Below, piece by piece: positions 47,729 through 56,722 of a stretch of 64,000 nt of DNA. The stretch's first letter is position 1, and each line of letters opens with the position of its first letter. The notes below the pieces were generated by a model. It had not been told where the DNA came from, made no database searches, and worked only from the letters and a program-made list of their open reading frames with translations. Made by a program: the position numbers and the translations under genes. Source of the DNA: Fibrobacteria bacterium (GTDB taxonomy: Bacteria > Fibrobacterota > Fibrobacteria > UBA11236 > JADFYW01); the NCBI GenBank assembly GCA_050294405.1, contig JBNKOC010000001.1:32001-96000 (forward strand), in the 5' to 3' direction.

Positions 47729-48035
47729 ATGAAATTACCTAAGAACAGGCTTAACAGAAATTCAGCAATACTAAGGGCTATTTTTATCGGCTCTATTCTT
47801 TCTCTCCAGGGATGTAAAGTATTTCAGGAACAAATTACTTGCCCCAGTATTTTAAGGCTTAATGTATGTGTATTTGGGAAATACAATAAAGATTGCTTGC
47901 TTTAGCGAAGTTAATGGATACCAACGGATATTAGTGTTTAAGGAGGAAGCCCTCATAGATTCCTCAGCCTGGTTTAAACAGGAGGAATTAAGGAAAAGGG
48001 ATTGTAGTCTGACTTCTGAAGATATCTATTTTTAA
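47729..48035 (+). pseudogene. Probable frameshifted small lipoprotein gene (two overlapping short ORFs, 47729-47905 and 47862-48035)
   Basis: My translation: ORF1 MKLPKNRLNRNSAILRAIFIGSILSLQGC... (lipobox LQGC, 58 aa); ORF2 in the +1 frame ...IACFSEVNGYQRILVFKEEALIDSSAWF... (57 aa); both below the ORF-track cutoff. Confidence 0.45.
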
Positions 48036-48114
48036 AATTTCGCAAAAAATCGCCTCAAATTTCTCCATAAATAACATCTTCTTAAATTGTCAGTAAAATA
48101 TATAAATTCCGTTC

Positions 48115-48143
48115 TTGACGTTTAGTCAGGTTAGTCCTATAAT
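48115..48143 (+). promoter_or_regulatory. Sigma-70 promoter of the protease operon
   Basis: TTGACG-17 nt-TATAAT; the spacer contains a TTAGTC direct repeat. Confidence 0.75.
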
Positions 48144-48219
48144 AACATTAAGCGCAATACTGCATAAAATCAGAGAGAACGGCTAAAAGCCAGGGGTCAC
48201 ATACAACCAGGAGACAGAA

Positions 48220-48783
48220 ATGGGAACCATTACCCGCGTTATAAAATATTGCCTGATTTTTTGTTGGGTATTACCCAGCTTCGGCACTACCATGTTTGAG
48301 TTGTCTTTAAGGGATTTAAGTCAGGAGTCGGAAAAAGTAGTTCAAGCTGTAGTCACAGCGGTTGTTCCCCAATGGAACAACGATAAATCAGCAATTGTAA
48401 CATATGTGCGCCTTAATATAAAAGATGATTTAATTGGAGAAGATGAAGACAATGAAATCATTATTAAAACCATGGGGGGTACTGTAGGCACTCTAACCCT
48501 TGATGTGGAAGGGAGCTCAAGTTATAAAGTGGGTGAAGAAAATATTTTATTCCTCATTAAAGATCCCGAAAATAGTACCGTGTCCCAAACAGTTGGAATG
48601 TTTCAGGGAAAATACATAATATACACCGATGAAAATAATGTCTCTCGCGTAAAACAGGATGCCCCGGAAGGAGGCGCTATGCTGCTAAAAAAGGCTTCTG
48701 GCAGTCCAGACCCGACTTTAGGGAACGGAATGTCCCTGGCTGATTTTAAAAATTCGGTATTAGAATACATAGGCGAAAAATAA
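48220..48783 (+). CDS. Secreted protein, probable OB-fold-like domain of the type found N-terminal to or upstream of matrixins
   Basis: Signal peptide; LSLRDLSQESEKVVQAVV...GGTVG...YKVGEENILFL...GMFQGKY; AGGAG SD. Confidence 0.65.
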   Translation: MGTITRVIKYCLIFCWVLPSFGTTMFELSLRDLSQESEKVVQAVVTAVVPQWNNDKSAIVTYVRLNIKDDLIGEDEDNEIIIKTMGGTVGTLTLDVEGSSSYKVGEENILFLIKDPENSTVSQTVGMFQGKYIIYTDENNVSRVKQDAPEGGAMLLKKASGSPDPTLGNGMSLADFKNSVLEYIGEK

Positions 48784-48803
48784 TAGGGGAAGGCGAGGAT
48801 ATT

Positions 48804-51329
48804 ATGAAAAAAAATAATTATTACTTATATATCTCAATTTTGTTGTTTGTGCTAGCCAAAATAAACCCTGTGTTTGGATATAAATTTATGGGGGCTAAAT
48901 GGCCAGGCTTGAATCCAGTAGTAAATTATTATTTGAACGAAAGGGGCAGTGAAGATTTGTATGGAGAAGAGTCTTATTTACATCGAAGTTTTGATGTATG
49001 GCAGGAGGTCCCTACCACAGCCATCCAAACCAATTTTTTAGGAATAACCGATGTGGGAAAGCCCGCCGCCGATGGCAAAAATGTCTTAATGTGGTCTGGA
49101 AAAGATTCCTGGAATCTGGACAAAAATGTTATAGCTGTTTGTTATACCTGGAGGCAAGGCGGCGCCCTAAAAGAATTTGATATTGTTTTTAACGAAAAAC
49201 ACTTTCAATGGGGAATTAAAGGCGAGGCCGGAAAAATGGATGTGGGACATATTTCCACACATGAAGCCGGCCACGCTTTGGGATTGGATCACAGCGAAGT
49301 AAGTCGAGCGGTGATGTGGCCCTCTGCCAGGACAGGCGATGTCTACCATAGGGAATTACATGCGGACGATAGCCTGGGAATTTCCGCCCTTTATCCCAGG
49401 ACAATAAAAAACAACCAGGCTCCAATTATAACCAGTACCCCTCCAAAAGAGGCCATTGCCGGATTAAAATACCAATACCATGTAGAAGCTACGGATCCAG
49501 ATGGAGATCCAATTCGATATTCGCTGGCCGCTCATCCGCTTAATATGAGAATTGACAGTCTCAGCGGAAAAATCACCTGGTATCCTAAATTTTTAGATTT
49601 GGGAAACCATGTGGTATCCGTAGTGGCCACTGATTCCATGGGTAAAATGGGCGTTCAAAGCTTCCAAATTGCCGTAAGTAACTTGTTAGTTTATGCGGAT
49701 AGCCCCTCGGTGGATTTTGGAGAGTATGTATATCAGGATATTAGAGTAACCCCCATGGACGAGTACGGCGCCATTGCTGGAAATATTGAATTAGCTTTTA
49801 ACAATACCAAGGTCACTATTTTGGATGTGGATACAACCGGCACCGTACTTAAAGATGTCTCTTTTATCCATAACATAACAACTAACAATGTAAAAGTGGC
49901 ATTTGCCAGCGCCGACCCGATGATGGGAGAAGGAAGGCTCTTTCGCTTAAAGCTAAAGGTTTACAATGAACATTGCGGTGAGAATATCGCACTGCCCATA
50001 ACAAAGGCTGTTTTTAATGATGGAGATCCCACTGCCATTGTATCCAGCGGAACCGTATTTATGCGCTGCAGCGGCGGAAATGGAAATGGGGGGTATAGTC
50101 TGGATGGCAAGATTTTATATCAGGGAAACAATAGGGCCGTTTCTGGGGCAAAAATAACCTTTCAATACAATAATCAGGTTTCGGTATCAGGGGCGGAAGG
50201 CTTTTATTCCCTTCCTAACATACCAGCCATAAAAATTCCAACGGCACTTGAGGCCAAAAAAGATTCCGGGGATTTAAGAGAGGCGATAACCGCATACGAT
50301 GCCTCTATAATTTTACGAAATGTGGTAGGCCTGCATAGCATGAAAGATTTTAGCAATCAAATAAATGCAGCCGATGTTAATAATAACAAAATGGTTACAG
50401 CCTATGATGCGGCACTTATTTTGCGATTCATAGTTGGTGAAAATGATTTGACTAAAATTGGCCATTGGAAAATGGTCCCGGCCTTGCTGAATATTCCGAA
50501 AATAATTTCCTCCATTCACGATATAAACTTTAATGCCTATTTGATTGGGGATGTGAGTGGAAATTGGAATATCAGCCCGGAACTCATGCGAAAGCCCTCG
50601 GTCCTGGATCCTTCCCTACAGCTCTTTGGTGTAGAAATGACCTTGCCTGAGGCAAAAGAATTTAGCCTTGAAGAGGAAAATAAAAATGGATTCCAAACAG
50701 AAATACACTTCAGCAAAATGGAAACACCCATGTATTCCGGTGAATTTGAAATGGAATACAATGCGGAAAAATACAATCTGGCAGATGTTATTCCCGATTC
50801 CAAGCTGAATGGATACATGGTTAAATATAAGGCGGAAAACGGCGTGGTTAAAATTGTTTTTGCCGGAGTGGAACCAGTTTCAGAACCCGGAAAATTATTT
50901 GACCTGCGTTTTGTGGAAAATAAGCCCGGCACCCAAACTGCTGAGGGAGATATTGAGCCCTCCATGTCCTATGCGAAATTTAATGAACATCAACCGGAAA
51001 TAGTGGGCATTAAATTTCAGGAGCAAAAAGCAAGATTTGACCTGTCTCCGGAAATTCAAATAAGATCTTTTTCCGGATTTTCACCTCGGTATTTAATTTC
51101 CTTTAATTTAGGATCCCTGTCCAAAAAGGTTTCACTCACTGTTTATAATATAAAAGGAAAAATTATAAAAACCTGGGGTGCTGAAGAGATTAAAAAAGGA
51201 TTCAATGAAATATATTGGAATCCTGTGGAGGAATCCGAGGAAAAGCTGGCTCCCCAGTTGCTGTTTTTAAGATTGAAAGCAGCTAATAATATGGTAGTAA
51301 AACCACTAATGTATAGAAGCGGGAGTTAG
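48804..51329 (+). CDS. Secreted matrixin (M10) metalloprotease with Ig-like, cohesin, dockerin, second cohesin and T9SS/FlgD-like domains
   Basis: HEAGHALGLDH plus Met-turn AVMWP; APIITSTP...ATDPDGD Ig repeat; two cohesin-like beta-sandwiches; duplicated TAYDAxxILR dockerin helices. Confidence 0.85.
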   Translation: MKKNNYYLYISILLFVLAKINPVFGYKFMGAKWPGLNPVVNYYLNERGSEDLYGEESYLHRSFDVWQEVPTTAIQTNFLGITDVGKPAADGKNVLMWSGKDSWNLDKNVIAVCYTWRQGGALKEFDIVFNEKHFQWGIKGEAGKMDVGHISTHEAGHALGLDHSEVSRAVMWPSARTGDVYHRELHADDSLGISALYPRTIKNNQAPIITSTPPKEAIAGLKYQYHVEATDPDGDPIRYSLAAHPLNMRIDSLSGKITWYPKFLDLGNHVVSVVATDSMGKMGVQSFQIAVSNLLVYADSPSVDFGEYVYQDIRVTPMDEYGAIAGNIELAFNNTKVTILDVDTTGTVLKDVSFIHNITTNNVKVAFASADPMMGEGRLFRLKLKVYNEHCGENIALPITKAVFNDGDPTAIVSSGTVFMRCSGGNGNGGYSLDGKILYQGNNRAVSGAKITFQYNNQVSVSGAEGFYSLPNIPAIKIPTALEAKKDSGDLREAITAYDASIILRNVVGLHSMKDFSNQINAADVNNNKMVTAYDAALILRFIVGENDLTKIGHWKMVPALLNIPKIISSIHDINFNAYLIGDVSGNWNISPELMRKPSVLDPSLQLFGVEMTLPEAKEFSLEEENKNGFQTEIHFSKMETPMYSGEFEMEYNAEKYNLADVIPDSKLNGYMVKYKAENGVVKIVFAGVEPVSEPGKLFDLRFVENKPGTQTAEGDIEPSMSYAKFNEHQPEIVGIKFQEQKARFDLSPEIQIRSFSGFSPRYLISFNLGSLSKKVSLTVYNIKGKIIKTWGAEEIKKGFNEIYWNPVEESEEKLAPQLLFLRLKAANNMVVKPLMYRSGS

Positions 51330-51368
51330 CGCATAATTAGTAAAAAAAATAAGGACTAAAATGAATTG

Positions 51369-51401
51369 GGCCAGCTAATAACAGCTGGCCTTATTTTTTT
51401 T
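51369..51401 (+). terminator. Intrinsic terminator after the protease gene
   Basis: GGCCAGCT-aataac-AGCTGGCC then a T-run. Confidence 0.85.
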
Positions 51402-51509
51402 ATAAAAAAGTTGCGCATAAACATATTTGGATATATCTTCTAGCCTTAACTGGCAATTATTTTTTCAACTAACTAAAATCGCGATTGCTCAATTGCGGGA
51501 GAGAAAATT

Positions 51510-52652
51510 ATGAATCTTAAAGTTTGGTTACTTTCTATTTCTAGTTGGATCAGCATAAACACAGCCCAAATGCATGGGGATATGGGGGGAATGGGGGATC
51601 ACCATCACAGCTGCCCGGATGACAAAGAAAAAAGCAGAATTTTAAGTGTGGCTGATTTTAATGGCAATAGTATTGTGAACGAGGAGGACCTCTACCTAAT
51701 TAGAAGTTCAATTTATGAGAATAAGTACCATGCTATTATGGACCTTAATGCCGATGAAGAACTCAATTGGGATGACTATGATATTGCTAAATCTGAATTG
51801 GGCTTGCGCAGCAATGCTTTCGACAGACAAATAATCAAGGTTTATAAGGCCACAAAAAAGTATTCCAAACTTGAAAACGCAATTAAAGACGGTTACCGTC
51901 CTTTTACACAGGAGCTCAAGGGACATGGAATGCATTACAACAGGCTACCTGTAAAATTTGAAACAGACGATGGAGGCCAGATAATTACTTCTGGAGCGCC
52001 ATTTTACATGGGTGTTATGAAAGAAGCTTGGGATAATATTAGCGATGAATTGGTGGAGGTCCGGCTGCCCGAAGGTTTGAATTACGATGAAAACGGAAAT
52101 TTAGTTGCTGTATTTTATTATAAGGGAATTGATGTGGCCGATTGGGTTCGCAGCAATAGAAAACTTTTTTTATGTCAATCAGGGGCTATTACCGATTTAA
52201 CTGCATGTTCCTATGTCCAACAATCCGTGCAACAAATGACACTGCAAGCTTTCGGATCTGTGGGGTTAATGTTGGATCCCGCTACACATACCCCCATGGA
52301 TATGGGGCCTCCTCATTTGGATTATTTTAGCGATGGCGATGGCTCCGAAATGTGGCACCAACATTTGGGAGCTTGTTGGGATAATTTTTTATATGAGGCC
52401 ATGCAGGTTAATCCGGAGCACACACCCATTTTTGATCAAATGCTCACGCCTTCGGAATGTTCCGCTCAACTGACTACCCCATACAGGGGCTACATTCCAG
52501 CTTTTAATATGCTCCATCTATGGATATTTAAGCTAAATCGTTGCGGGTTATTTGCAGGCACAGACGAAGATGTGAGCCCCTTGGCTGAGCCCGAACCTGT
52601 AGCCTATGACAAAACCCGACTTGAGTTCTTTGTGGACTTTCTAGGGGATTAG
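51510..52652 (+). CDS. Secreted protein with His/Met-rich N-terminus, dockerin-like domain and His-rich uncharacterised domain
   Basis: MHGDMGGMGDHHH; ADFNGNSIVNEEDL...DLNADEELNWDDY; GHGMHY, PEGLNY, WHQH, MLHLWI. Confidence 0.7.
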   Translation: MNLKVWLLSISSWISINTAQMHGDMGGMGDHHHSCPDDKEKSRILSVADFNGNSIVNEEDLYLIRSSIYENKYHAIMDLNADEELNWDDYDIAKSELGLRSNAFDRQIIKVYKATKKYSKLENAIKDGYRPFTQELKGHGMHYNRLPVKFETDDGGQIITSGAPFYMGVMKEAWDNISDELVEVRLPEGLNYDENGNLVAVFYYKGIDVADWVRSNRKLFLCQSGAITDLTACSYVQQSVQQMTLQAFGSVGLMLDPATHTPMDMGPPHLDYFSDGDGSEMWHQHLGACWDNFLYEAMQVNPEHTPIFDQMLTPSECSAQLTTPYRGYIPAFNMLHLWIFKLNRCGLFAGTDEDVSPLAEPEPVAYDKTRLEFFVDFLGD

Positions 52653-52819
52653 CAAGCAGGCCTCAATTTGGAGCGGAATAGAATATCTTATTCCGCTACC
52701 GATTACATTCAAATTGCTCAATTCGTACCTAATCCACCCATTTTGGGGTTCCGTTTAATTTGCATAAATCCAATTGGGGAGTATCTTTATAAAGTTTTGA
52801 AATAGTATAGAAAAGGATA

Positions 52820-55486
52820 TTGAGGCAATTGAACAGTAAACTTTCCAGCCCCCTAGCTGAGGCCATTGAAAAAATTCTCCCCTTGGTAGAAAAACCAGGC
52901 CGTTACATTGGGGGAGAGCCCAATCAGATTGTTAAAAAACCGGAAGGAATCCGCGGGGATATGGCACTCTGTTTTCCCGATTCCTATGAAATAGGCATGA
53001 GCAATAACGGCCTTAGGATTTTATACCATGTTATTAACCGGCATCCGCAATTTGCGGCTGAAAGGGTATATGCTCCTTTTCCTGATATGGCCAAACTCAT
53101 GACGGGTAATAATATACCCCTGTATAGTTTGGAAAGTTATAAACCCATAAGAGAATTTACCGCAGTGGGGATCACCCTTCAAACTGAGCTTAATTTTACT
53201 AATGTACCCTATGTTCTTGAGCTGGCTAATATTGCCGCCTTTAGTCTGGACAGGCAGGAAGAAGATCCTTTTATTATTGGCGGCGGACCCTGCATGGCTA
53301 ACCCCGAACCTGTAGCAGAATTTTTTGATATTCTGGTTATCGGTGATGGAGAAAAACTGAGCTTAAGAGTTTTAGAGCATTTAACCAAAGGCCGGGAACA
53401 AGGCCATACCCGATTGCAAATTCTGGAAGATATTTCTTCTTGGGATGGTATATATGTGCCCAGGCTTCACCCCTTCCAAAAAAACGAATATGGGGAATGG
53501 GTCCCTGCTAAAGATTATTCTAAGGGTTCCTATGCCAGAAGCCAGGGAGTCAAACGCAGTTGGGTTGAAAATTTAGATGCCAGGGATTATCCTACAAAGA
53601 ACCCCATTCCAAATACAGATTTGGTGCATGATAGATTCGCTGTGGAAGTGATGCGCGGTTGTACTCACGGTTGCCGTTTTTGCCAGGCAGGCTATTGGTA
53701 CCGGCCCAACCGGGAACTGCCACCAAAAGAAGTGGTGGAAACCGCCCGTGAAGGTCTTCGTCAAACGGGAGACAGGCAACTGGGATTACTGTCTCTTTCT
53801 TCAGCAGATTACGGGCAGATAGAAAATGTGGCAGATTACATGTTGGCCGACAAAGATTTTGAAAATGTAAACCTGTCTTTGCCTTCCTTAAGGGCCAATG
53901 CTTTTGGCCAGGGTTTGGCAAGCAAAATCCGGCAGATGCGGGGAGGCCGTAGCGCTACCTTTGCTCCTGAAACCGGCAGCGAGCGTTTAAGGAAAATAAT
54001 TAACAAAACCATTTCCGATGCGGATATGTTTGAAGCCGCCGAGGGAGTTTTTAAGAACGGTTTTACCAATATTAAGCTCTATACCATGGTTGGCCTGCCC
54101 ACAGAAAACCTGGAAGACATGAAAGCTTTTTGCAATCTAATTGAAGGTTTAAAGCAAATTGCTATGCGCCACAAGCGCAGCAATTCTATCCATGCCAATA
54201 TGGGGATATTTATTCCCAAAGCTTTTACCCCCATGCAGTGGTGTGGGTTTATGGCAAAAGACGAAGTTTGGGAGCACATACAATATGTACGCAATCGTTT
54301 TCGGGGAGATAAAAACGTAAGACTTACCTGGGCTGATTGGGGGCTTTCTGCAGTGGAGAGTTTTTATTCCCGAGGGGACCGAAGCCTCTCTCAGGAAATC
54401 TATAAAGCATATAAAGCGGGTTGTGTATTCGAGTCATTTTCTGAACATTTTAATTTTGGTTATTGGCAAAGACGCTGGGAAGATCTTCCCCTAACTCGCA
54501 AGAGGATTTTTGAAGGCAGAGATATCAAAGAAATTTTACCCTGGGACTTTATTCATGCAGGAGTGGCTAAAAACTATTTAATCCAGGAGTACAAAGACGC
54601 CTTTAAAGAGGATTTAAAACCTATTTATGACTGCAAATGGGGTGATTGCCACCACTGCGGCATACCGGGGAATTACCAGGATATTAAACTTGCTGAAAAT
54701 AATTTGGAGGCAACTTCTCTAAAAGAGGATGCTATTTTGCCCGAAACAAATAGCCAAAGTTTGAATACGGACAATAAGGCGGATTTAGCAAAATACGGAC
54801 GCAAAACAGAATCCAAGGCAAATCCAAATGAGGAGCTCACTTTTAGCTATATGTTGGAATACAGTAAAACCGGTATGGCTAGATTTTTACCCCATCAGGC
54901 TGTTGTGAGCCATTTTGAAAAGGCCTTTAGACGCTTGGGAATCGCTTTTGCGTATTCTAAAGGTTTTAACCCCCGGCCCAAAATAGCCAATAGCGGTGCT
55001 CTTCCTCTTGGTTTGGAAAGCCATTGTGAGTTGTTGATTTTGGAGTTTCCCAATAAATTAAATGATTTAGAAAATAATTTAACTAAAACTCTTAATCCTA
55101 TGTTACCAAATGGTTTAGAGATTAGAAAGTTGGTTGAATATAAAAGCAAAAAGTTTCCGCGCATAGAAAAAGTGGAATACAGTTGCCCGGGCACAAAAGA
55201 GCAAATCGAAAAGGCTTTGCACAAAATAAATTCCGGCGATTTTCCCAGATTAACCAATGCCCGTGGGGTGGAAGTGGCCTTTGAAGAACATATTGTGGAT
55301 TTACAAGAAAGGGAAAATACTCTTTTCCTCAGTTTGAGAACCAATCACAGCGGTTCCACGTTAAGCCCCTATTTTATTTTTTCGGGCCTTATGGAAATTG
55401 AAGAAACTGAGCTTCGTGCAGCTCGGGTTTGCAAGGAAAGAAACTATATTGAGGAAAAAAATATGGTAACTGCCCATGCTCGATAA
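52820..55486 (+). CDS. B12-binding-like radical SAM protein (TIGR03960-like) fused to a radical-SAM-linked (DUF2344/TIGR03936-like) domain
   Basis: VEKPGRYIGGE, FPDSYEIGMSN, RGCTHGCRFCQAG, TFAPETGSERLR; C-terminal YSK.G.ARFL.H...YSKGFNPRPK...ALPLG. Confidence 0.88.
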   Translation: MRQLNSKLSSPLAEAIEKILPLVEKPGRYIGGEPNQIVKKPEGIRGDMALCFPDSYEIGMSNNGLRILYHVINRHPQFAAERVYAPFPDMAKLMTGNNIPLYSLESYKPIREFTAVGITLQTELNFTNVPYVLELANIAAFSLDRQEEDPFIIGGGPCMANPEPVAEFFDILVIGDGEKLSLRVLEHLTKGREQGHTRLQILEDISSWDGIYVPRLHPFQKNEYGEWVPAKDYSKGSYARSQGVKRSWVENLDARDYPTKNPIPNTDLVHDRFAVEVMRGCTHGCRFCQAGYWYRPNRELPPKEVVETAREGLRQTGDRQLGLLSLSSADYGQIENVADYMLADKDFENVNLSLPSLRANAFGQGLASKIRQMRGGRSATFAPETGSERLRKIINKTISDADMFEAAEGVFKNGFTNIKLYTMVGLPTENLEDMKAFCNLIEGLKQIAMRHKRSNSIHANMGIFIPKAFTPMQWCGFMAKDEVWEHIQYVRNRFRGDKNVRLTWADWGLSAVESFYSRGDRSLSQEIYKAYKAGCVFESFSEHFNFGYWQRRWEDLPLTRKRIFEGRDIKEILPWDFIHAGVAKNYLIQEYKDAFKEDLKPIYDCKWGDCHHCGIPGNYQDIKLAENNLEATSLKEDAILPETNSQSLNTDNKADLAKYGRKTESKANPNEELTFSYMLEYSKTGMARFLPHQAVVSHFEKAFRRLGIAFAYSKGFNPRPKIANSGALPLGLESHCELLILEFPNKLNDLENNLTKTLNPMLPNGLEIRKLVEYKSKKFPRIEKVEYSCPGTKEQIEKALHKINSGDFPRLTNARGVEVAFEEHIVDLQERENTLFLSLRTNHSGSTLSPYFIFSGLMEIEETELRAARVCKERNYIEEKNMVTAHAR

Positions 55487-55790
55487 GAATCAATTCAATC
55501 AAATTTCTCTGGAAGAAAGTATCAAACGCATTGACAGCCTGCTTCAATCCAATCCTCCTAAAGATGAGGAAAAGCTTGGCTTTAGCCTTGGGTTACGCCT
55601 GGCTTTGGAAATGGCTTTGGAAATTAAAAATCAAATTCCTCTTGGCCAAAAATCTGGCTTAATTATTTCTGAATGGGTGAAGCTTTACGGCGAAACTATG
55701 GCCCAAAATTCTGTGGAGGTGGCCCGGGAGTTTTTAACTAAACCGGATAAAATGCGGGAAGGCCTGGAAAAACGCTTGTTTCCTAACTAA
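55476..55790 (+). CDS. Hypothetical protein
   Basis: 104-aa ORF overlapping the upstream stop and abutting the downstream gene. Confidence 0.6.
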   Translation: MLDKNQFNQISLEESIKRIDSLLQSNPPKDEEKLGFSLGLRLALEMALEIKNQIPLGQKSGLIISEWVKLYGETMAQNSVEVAREFLTKPDKMREGLEKRLFPN

Positions 55791-55791
55791 T

Positions 55792-56694
55792 TTGGACGCA
55801 CAGTCCATGAAAAAGTTATTCGGCACCATTGATATTGGAACTCATTCCGCCATCCTTTCGCTGGTGTCATTAGAAAATAACAAGCTCAATTGTCATCTGG
55901 AAAAGTTCTCTGCTCCCAATCTTGGAGAGGGTTTAGCCGAGAGTGGTCGCATCTCAGAATCTGCAATCAAAAGGTTGCATATTTCCATCCGGGAATTTTT
56001 AATGGTGTCCGCCCGTATGGGAGCAAAAATATTGAAAATAGGGGGGACTCATCCTTTCAGGATGGCAGAAAATGGGCCCCAAGTTTTGGAAGAAACTGCC
56101 AAATACCTGCATGCACCCTTTGAAATTTTAACCACCGAGCGGGAAAGTGCTCTGGTGCGCACAGCCCTTTTACATCAGATGGACGATGCCAATATTTGCA
56201 TCCTTGATATTGGTGGGGGCAGTTCTGAAATTTCGACACCCAAAAAAAGCGCTTCCATTCCCATTGGAGCGGTTAATCTTTTTGAAAAAAATGGGGCCCA
56301 TCCCGATCAGGGCAATCGCCAGCAAAGTTTTAAAATGACTAAAAAATTTCCCTTAAAATTTGCCCCCGATAAATTGGCGGTTATTGGTGGAACCGCAACC
56401 ACACTGGCCATGTTAATGAATGCCGATGCGGAATTCCTCCCCGCAAAAATCGATGGCAAAAAAGTGGAACTGGAAACGGTGAGCCAATGGATTGAAAAAC
56501 TGGCGGACTTAAAGCCCGAATACCGCCGCCAGGTTCCCGGACTTCCCGACGACCGGGTGGATTACATTATCCCAGGTTTGTGCATTCTCGAAGCCAGCCT
56601 CAAGCGTTATAATTTAACGGAATTTACCATTAGCACCTGGGGACTCCGGCAGGGCCTTGCCCTGGAAGAACTCAAAATAGCCGCAGCAATATAA
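55792..56694 (+). CDS. Ppx/GppA family phosphatase (short form)
   Basis: IDIGTHS, LGEGL..SGRIS, ERES, LDIGGGSSE, GGTATT, GLRQG. Confidence 0.88.
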   Translation: MDAQSMKKLFGTIDIGTHSAILSLVSLENNKLNCHLEKFSAPNLGEGLAESGRISESAIKRLHISIREFLMVSARMGAKILKIGGTHPFRMAENGPQVLEETAKYLHAPFEILTTERESALVRTALLHQMDDANICILDIGGGSSEISTPKKSASIPIGAVNLFEKNGAHPDQGNRQQSFKMTKKFPLKFAPDKLAVIGGTATTLAMLMNADAEFLPAKIDGKKVELETVSQWIEKLADLKPEYRRQVPGLPDDRVDYIIPGLCILEASLKRYNLTEFTISTWGLRQGLALEELKIAAAI

Positions 56695-56722
56695 GCCCAT
56701 TTCACTTCAAAGGATTTTAATC

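Noticed and set aside
47805..48001. Eleven GGA motifs on the + strand, suggesting a CsrA/RsmA-sponge sRNA
   Set aside because: Most fall within an open frame (GAG GAA, GGA codons) and are not presented in hairpin loops; a coding remnant explains them more simply, though an sRNA is not strictly excluded
48150..48215. AAAGCCAGGGGTC resembles part of a c-di-GMP-I riboswitch
   Set aside because: The GGCAAAC...GAAA P2 stem and the pairing partner for P3 are missing; only a small GGCT-aaa-AGCC hairpin is present
52820..55486. Radical SAM two-domain fusion as a novelty
   Set aside because: Fusion of these two families is already known in several phyla
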